This document shows positions 58,185 through 64,000 of a stretch of DNA of 64,000 nt, in pieces. Under the pieces are notes generated by a model, which saw only the letters and a list, made by a program, of their open reading frames with translations, was not told the origin of the DNA and ran no database searches. Made by a program: the position numbers and the translations under genes. The stretch covers positions 310,001-374,000 of the forward strand of contig MU008200.1 of NCBI GenBank assembly GCA_010909165.1, given 5' to 3'. This DNA is from Anthoceros angustus. Taxonomy: Eukaryota > Plantae > Anthocerotophyta. Numbering within the stretch: position 1 is the stretch's first letter; every line of letters starts with the position of its first letter.

Positions 58185-61100
58185 TGTAAGGGTATTAAAG
58201 CCCAATGTACTTAGACTAATACACTTAGTCTAAGTTAGGTGTCAGTTAAGTATCATTAGTTTAGCTTAAGCTAATTACCAGGAAGCTTCTTGTGCTCCTT
58301 CCTACGGGAATCTTGTGGAGCTTTCTAGGGAGCCCTATTGGAGGGTATAAATACCCTCCAAGCTTCATCTCAATGTGAGAGAGTTACACTTGCCTCCTCC
58401 TCTCCTCTCCTGTTTCCACCATCATGTCTGCCACCACGATCAAGCGGTATCGAGCCTTTGGTTTGGTTGTGTTGTGATACTAGAATTTTCTAGCTGCAAG
58501 GCTGGCAGCAGCTCGTGGAATTGCAGGTGATCGATCGCGGGGCTGCGCGCGAGCAGGCGGGGCGAGGCCGTGGCGAGGCAAGGCCGCGACCGCGGGCCGT
58601 GACGGCGGGGCGCCAGCCAGGAGGCCCGGGTGGCGGCCGCGAGCCGCAGCGGCGGCGGCCGGCCCAGCGCGGCGGCGCGCGCGGCGCGGCGGCGCGGCCG
58701 CGAGGCGCGCGCGCGGCGCGGCGCGCGCGGCGCAGCCGCGCGCGCGCGCGCGGCGCGGCCGCGCGCGCGGCCGCGAGGCCGTGGCGAGGCGCGCGAGCCG
58801 CCATGGCGCGCCGAGCCGCGCGGCAGCGCCCGGCCCGCCGAGGCGCGCCCGGCCCGCCCGAGCCGCGCGCGCGGCGAGCCATGAGCCGGCCGCCAGCAGG
58901 CGCGGCGCGGCGCGCGGCGCGGCGGCGCGCGGCGCGGCGGCGCGCGGCGCGGCGCAGCCGCGCGCGCGGCGCGGCGGCGCGCGAGCAGAGCGCGGTGGCG
59001 AGAAAATTCGCGAAATATTGACGGAATACGAGTGGAATAGTCAGCGGCAAAATACACGGACCCACGGTGTTGTTTTCTTCTTTGACTTTTCGACAAGGCG
59101 AGTCGAGTGTTTTATCTGTATCGATTTTTGAGTCATGATGTCTTCATCATCGAGCGTCATGTTCAATATCGAGAAGTTAGATGGTACTAACTTCCCGTTG
59201 GAAAGAACAAGTGTATAATGTTCTAGTGCGAGCGGATCAAGCCCATAAAGTTGTTAGGCGTCAAACCGGATAGTATGACCGGGATGAGTGGCGGGACTGG
59301 ATGAGCTTGCTAGATCTACTATCATGCTAACATTGTCAAAAGCAGTGTACTTCAATGTGAAAGATAAGACCACGAGTTACGGTGGCGGTATGTGACTGTG
59401 AGAAGCAAAGTGCGGCTTCGTGTATTGGTTGAAAGCGGTGGTGGACTTGAAGATGAAGGAAGGGACGAGGATGTCCGATCATCGAATGATTTCAATACCA
59501 TTTTCAGCCGCTCTCATCTCAAGGTATCACGTTCCAGTTGTGAGAGCTATGTTTTGTGGTCACATTACGAGTTGGGACACCTGCACTAAAGTAATTACCT
59601 TTGCTAGTGGTCTTACCATTGTAAATGTAGAAGGTAGCACATGGCGAGGAGGTGAGCAGGAAAACATGGAACCTTCCAAAGGTTCCGGTGCCCTCATAGT
59701 GAGAGGGAGGTCCCTGCGAAGGGAAGCAACGGAAGCTTCTCGTAGCAAATCTCGTAGTAACAAGAATGTGGAGTGTCACTATTGTCACAAAGGGTCACTT
59801 CAAAGAGAGTGCGAGAAGTTCAAAAGGACCAAGGAAGAAGCGGGGACGACAAGAAGGCGACTTCGTCGAGGTTGGAAGAGTTAAACTACATTGAGGACGG
59901 AGATGTCCTTATCTCTTCTTACTTGAATCTTTGCACAATTAACCCGTGGATAGTCATTTATTACGCAATTGGATAATTGACTCGGTGCATCTTTCCATGT
60001 TACTCCTCATAGAGTGGTTTAGCCGTGATGCTACAAGGAAAGGATCGTTAGGCTTGGAAATAACTATGCATGCGGATCGCGGTGGGTGATGTGCAACTCA
60101 AGTTTGACAACGGATCTTCATTCATCTTTGAAGGGCGTTAGGCATGTTCGAAGTTGACAAAGAGCATGATTAGCGCGGGGCAGTTGGATGATCTTTGGTT
60201 ACGCTGGTTTGGGGATCACTCTTGGAAGATCTCCAAAGGTTCTCTGTGTTAGCTCGTGGATCGAGTGTGGCACTTTGTACTCACTTGGTAAACTCAAAGA
60301 TCATGATCGTATGACAGCCAAATGTTTCCTTGTGGCATTGCGGTTAGGACATATGTCTCGAGAAGGGAATGAAGGTTTTATCTCGTTACGGTTATATCCA
60401 TTCTTAACTTCTCGATCTCTCGATGTGTGAGCCTTTGTTTATATGGGAAGCAGACAAAATCATCACATCGAACAAATAAAGTAGAGTAAACCTCTTGAGT
60501 TGGTTCACGATGATGTATGTGGACCTATGCTCTTGCATCATTAGGCGGTGCCTCTATTTTGTCACTTTCATAGATGATTTCTCACGCAAGGTGTGGGTTT
60601 ATCCTTTGAGGAAAAAGGATGAAGTTCGGCGGTGTTTGAAATTTGTCACCCTTAGAGAATCGATCGGCCACCGATTGAAGTGTCTAAGGGCGGATAATGG
60701 TGGAAGTATGTTTCAGCTTTCCGGTCATTACAGCGATTCCAAGGGAATCAAAAGAAATTTGCGTATCTCCTCCACAAAATGGTGTGGTGGCGGATGAAAC
60801 AGAACCATTCGGAGAGGATGCGTGGTTTGTTGTCAAACTCGGATTGCCTAATGGGTTTTGGGCGATGTCTCTGCAGTTCATCTTATTAACAGATCTCCTA
60901 ATAAAATTGATGAGCGAGTTCGAGGAGCTATGGTCCGGAAAGAAACCATCCTACAAGCATCTGCGAGTGTTTGGGTGAGGCATCTTGCCATGTTCCAAAA
61001 GAGTTTCGGGACAAGTTGGCACCTAAGTCCAAGAAATGTATTTTTCTTGGCTATGGTGATTCGGTGAGATGGGATACCGTTTGTGGGATCCGAGGCTAGA

Positions 61101-63136
61101 AAGGTTGTTCGTACTAACGGCGTGTTCTTCAATGAGAACAAGATGCGAAGCCTACTCCAAGCGTGGAGGTGCGAAGGGTGATCTTCAAGAAGATGGACAT
61201 GATCATCAGGCGGGTTGATACGTGGTAATGTGCGGAGCACATTCCTCCACCGATAGATGAACCAAGAGTCGAACAAGCACCTATAGAGGTGCACATGCCC
61301 GTGGGTCGGGGGATTACACGACCTCACGGCGGTATGATCCATCTGGATTATGTCTTTGACAGTTGTGGGGAACCCTCTTCTTACAAAGAGGCCATGTCAG
61401 AGTAACAAAGAAGTGGGAGAAGGCCATGCGATCGAAATGAATTGCATAAGAACCAAACTTGGGAGTTGGTTGGTTGCCTAGGATAAGAAGGCACCGTGCA
61501 AATGGGTGTACAAGATGAAGGTCATACCTTGATGGCAAACCAAAGTACAAGGCACGATTGGTTGCTAAGGGTTTCAAGCAACAGGCATTGACTTTGATGA
61601 GATTTTCTCACCGAGTCAAAATGACAACTTTGCGATGTGTTCTTGCTTTGGTTGCGAATGATATGGAACTTATGCGGATGGATGTCAAGGCGGCATTCTT
61701 GCATGGTGACCTTCAAGAGGCGTCTACATGCGACAACGAAGGTTTTGTTGAGAAGGGCAAAGAGCATCGGTGTGCGAGGTTGAGGAAGAGCCTTTATGGT
61801 TTGAAGCGAAGAGTGGTATCACAAGTTCCACTCATTTATGCTTTCTCAAGGCTACAAGCGTGGCGATGAGGATCATTGCCTCTATCTGAAGCAAGCTAAG
61901 GATCAAAGCTTGCTCATTTTGATCCTCTATGTGGATGATATGCTAATTCTTTGAAGCGATCTTGATGAGATTTGTTGAAGTCAAAGTTGAATGCTCACTT
62001 TGAAATGACAGACTTGGGAGGCGAGCCATATACTTGGCATGCGTATTCGTCGGAGCATATAAGCCGCTTTATTTGTCTCGACGGAATACATTAACGAGGC
62101 TTCAACGTTTCAACATGGAGAAGGGAAGCCATTGGGTACTCCATTGCCTCCATATGTGAAACTTTCAAGCCGGATTGCCCAAGCTCGAGGAGGACAAAGA
62201 AATGGAGAAGGTCCCATACTCATCGTAGGGAGTTTGATGTATGCAATGATTGCTACGTCGACATTGCCTTTGCGGTGGGAGTGGTTAGCGAGTTATGTCA
62301 AACCCAGCAAGAAGCATTGGGAGGCGATAAAAGGAGTTATGAGGTATCCGAATGGTACAAAAGCTTTGTGCATATGTTTTGGTAGTGAAGATGCATGTGT
62401 GGTTGGGTACACAGATCGATTATCACGAGGATATGGACAAAAGGAGGTCCACATCGAGTTATGTCTTCATGTGCCTTTGGAGGCGATCTCATGGCGATCT
62501 CGTTTGCGATCGTGCATTACGCTATCTACCACGAGGCCGAGTATGTTGCGACAGCGAGGCTTGCAAGGAAGCCATATGGCTTGCTCGTTTAGTGGGAGAC
62601 TTGGGGATCAAGGTTGAGCTGCCGGTGTTGCATTGTGATAGCAGTGCTATCAATTGGCAAAGAATCCGATGTTTCATGCGAAGACTAAACATGTGGATGT
62701 GAAGTATCACTTCATTCGAGAGGTGTTGGACGACAAGAGGGTACAACTTGTCAAGGTTCACACCGAACCTGGATATTCTTACCAAGGGACTCTCTACGGA
62801 GCAATTTGCACAAGCTCGGACAACGATGGGCATGAGATAGTCCATTCTTCTAAGGTAAATTGGCCTTTAAGTGGGAGGTTGTAAGGGTATTAAAGCCCAA
62901 TGTACTTAGACTAATACACTTAGTCTAAGTTAGGTGTCGATTAAGTATCATTAGTTTAGCTTAAGCTAATCACTAGGAAGCTTCTTGTGCTCCTTCCTAG
63001 GGGCTTCTTGTGGAGCTTCCTAGGAGCCTATTGGAGGTATAAATACCCTCAAGCCTCATCTCAATGTGAGAGAGTTACACTTGCCTCCTCCTCTCCTCTC
63101 TTGTTTCCACTATCATGTCTTTGCCACGATCCTTCA
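58185..63136 (+). mobile_element. Full-length Copia-4 (Tork/Tnt1-like): LTRs 58185-58442 and 62880-63136; heavily frameshifted
   Basis: Two highly similar TG...CA LTRs, degenerate PBS GCGGTATCGAGCC, PPT AAGTGGGAGG. FNIEKLDGTNF, IDSGASFH, FIDDFSRKVW, MDVKAAFLHG, YVDD, KTKHVDVKYHFIR. Confidence 0.92.
58538..58997. repeat. Near-pure G/C low-complexity tract (CGCGG-type units) in the Copia-4 leader
   Basis: About 460 bp with very few A/T and long GCGCGGC runs. Confidence 0.9.
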
Positions 63137-64000
63137 TGGACTCTCCCCTCACAGGGTGCCTCCCTGTACGAATCGACCTCCGAGCCTACCGTGCCTCGAC
63201 TTAAGTGCGCCTTTCGGCGAATCAAAGACACAAGCAGTACCATACAGCCAAGGTCTGCCTATCAAAACCTTGTAGCCTAAATCTGACACGGGCCTCATGA
63301 CAATGTAGGTAAGGTGGAAGGTGAGACCTCCAATCACAGTAGGTACATTTCTCAACACTCCCAGTGGCTTCCTCCTTGTTTGGTCGGCCATCCGCAAAAA
63401 CACTCGGACCGGGTGGAATTTGGTGAACCCAAGCTGATGAGCTGTCTCCTCCGTCATCAAATTGACTCCCGATCCCGAGTTCAATGGCACATCGGGCATC
63501 AAGCATCCTGCAATTTCAACCTCAATTTCGGGTGCCCCCAAATCAACGAGCTCGGCTACATTTACTTCCACCGACCGCTTCCTCGCCCCCACTGCCTCAG
63601 GGATTCCCCTGATCGCTTCCTTCATAATTTTGCGGGATCTCGGACTCACCGCAAGCAACTGCCTCAAACTGACCACAAATTCGCGGTCAAGCAATGCATC
63701 AGCGAAACTGGAGATCTTATCTGACAAGGTGTCCTCCCCGTTTGCAGCCCTGACGCTGGTCGACTCCGACCTTATTGGTAAATCTTCCGAATCCATGGTC
63801 CCTCCTGTCGGGTGGGACTCTATACCCGGCGGATCAACAACTTCTGGCTCCGCTACCTTCTTCGCATGCTGGGTTAGTTTATTCGGTTCCTCCTCCAGCA
63901 TCGCCGCCACTTCGTGGCTGATATCGGGAGGAAACGCGGATCGTTTCTCCCCCTCGTTTGGCCCTTCCTCGCTCCGCTCACCCGCCTCACATCAGAAGTG

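Larger units (their letters stand above)
55720..64000 (-). mobile_element. Family B-type Gypsy PR-RT-RH interrupted by Copia-4
   Basis: VPLNSGSGVNL and YKVLIGRPWL (63240-63500), SEWVAPIVIVPKK, RAFVGLVGYYRRFI, YVDVSAYAIG, AEKNYSTTER. Confidence 0.85.

Noticed and set aside
58440-59131. Long Arg/Ala-rich ORFs on both strands
   Set aside because: Stop codons cannot occur in a nearly A/T-free tract.
58175-63145. TSD for Copia-4
   Set aside because: Flanks CGCAG and TGGAC do not match, so none is claimed.

Overview
Nuclear DNA of a green plant. The short 70-180 bp introns, land-plant-type genes and retrotransposon types suggest a non-seed lineage such as a lycophyte or bryophyte (inference). The first 7.2 kb holds a small gene island: a degraded At3g08650-type ZIP zinc-transporter pseudogene (-) and an apparently intact 6-exon RIT1 initiator-tRNA phosphoribosyltransferase gene (+). 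The rest is a nested, rearranged retrotransposon cluster containing a chromovirus Gypsy family, at least four Copia families, Athila/Selgy-like non-chromovirus Gypsy elements with extra ORFs, and a CRE-like RLE non-LTR insertion. The standout is a Gypsy element at 12618-25120 (-). Its polyprotein carries a DNMT3/DRM-like DNA cytosine-5 methyltransferase domain between protease and reverse transcriptase. Its integrase continues in frame into a PHD finger, a helical region, an AT-hook and an unrecognised globular domain. Matching target-site halves also indicate a ~9.6 kb inversion between two inverted Copia copies. Many frameshifts look like long-read consensus indels rather than biological decay, so intactness cannot be judged from this window alone. 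All alignments were made by eye.
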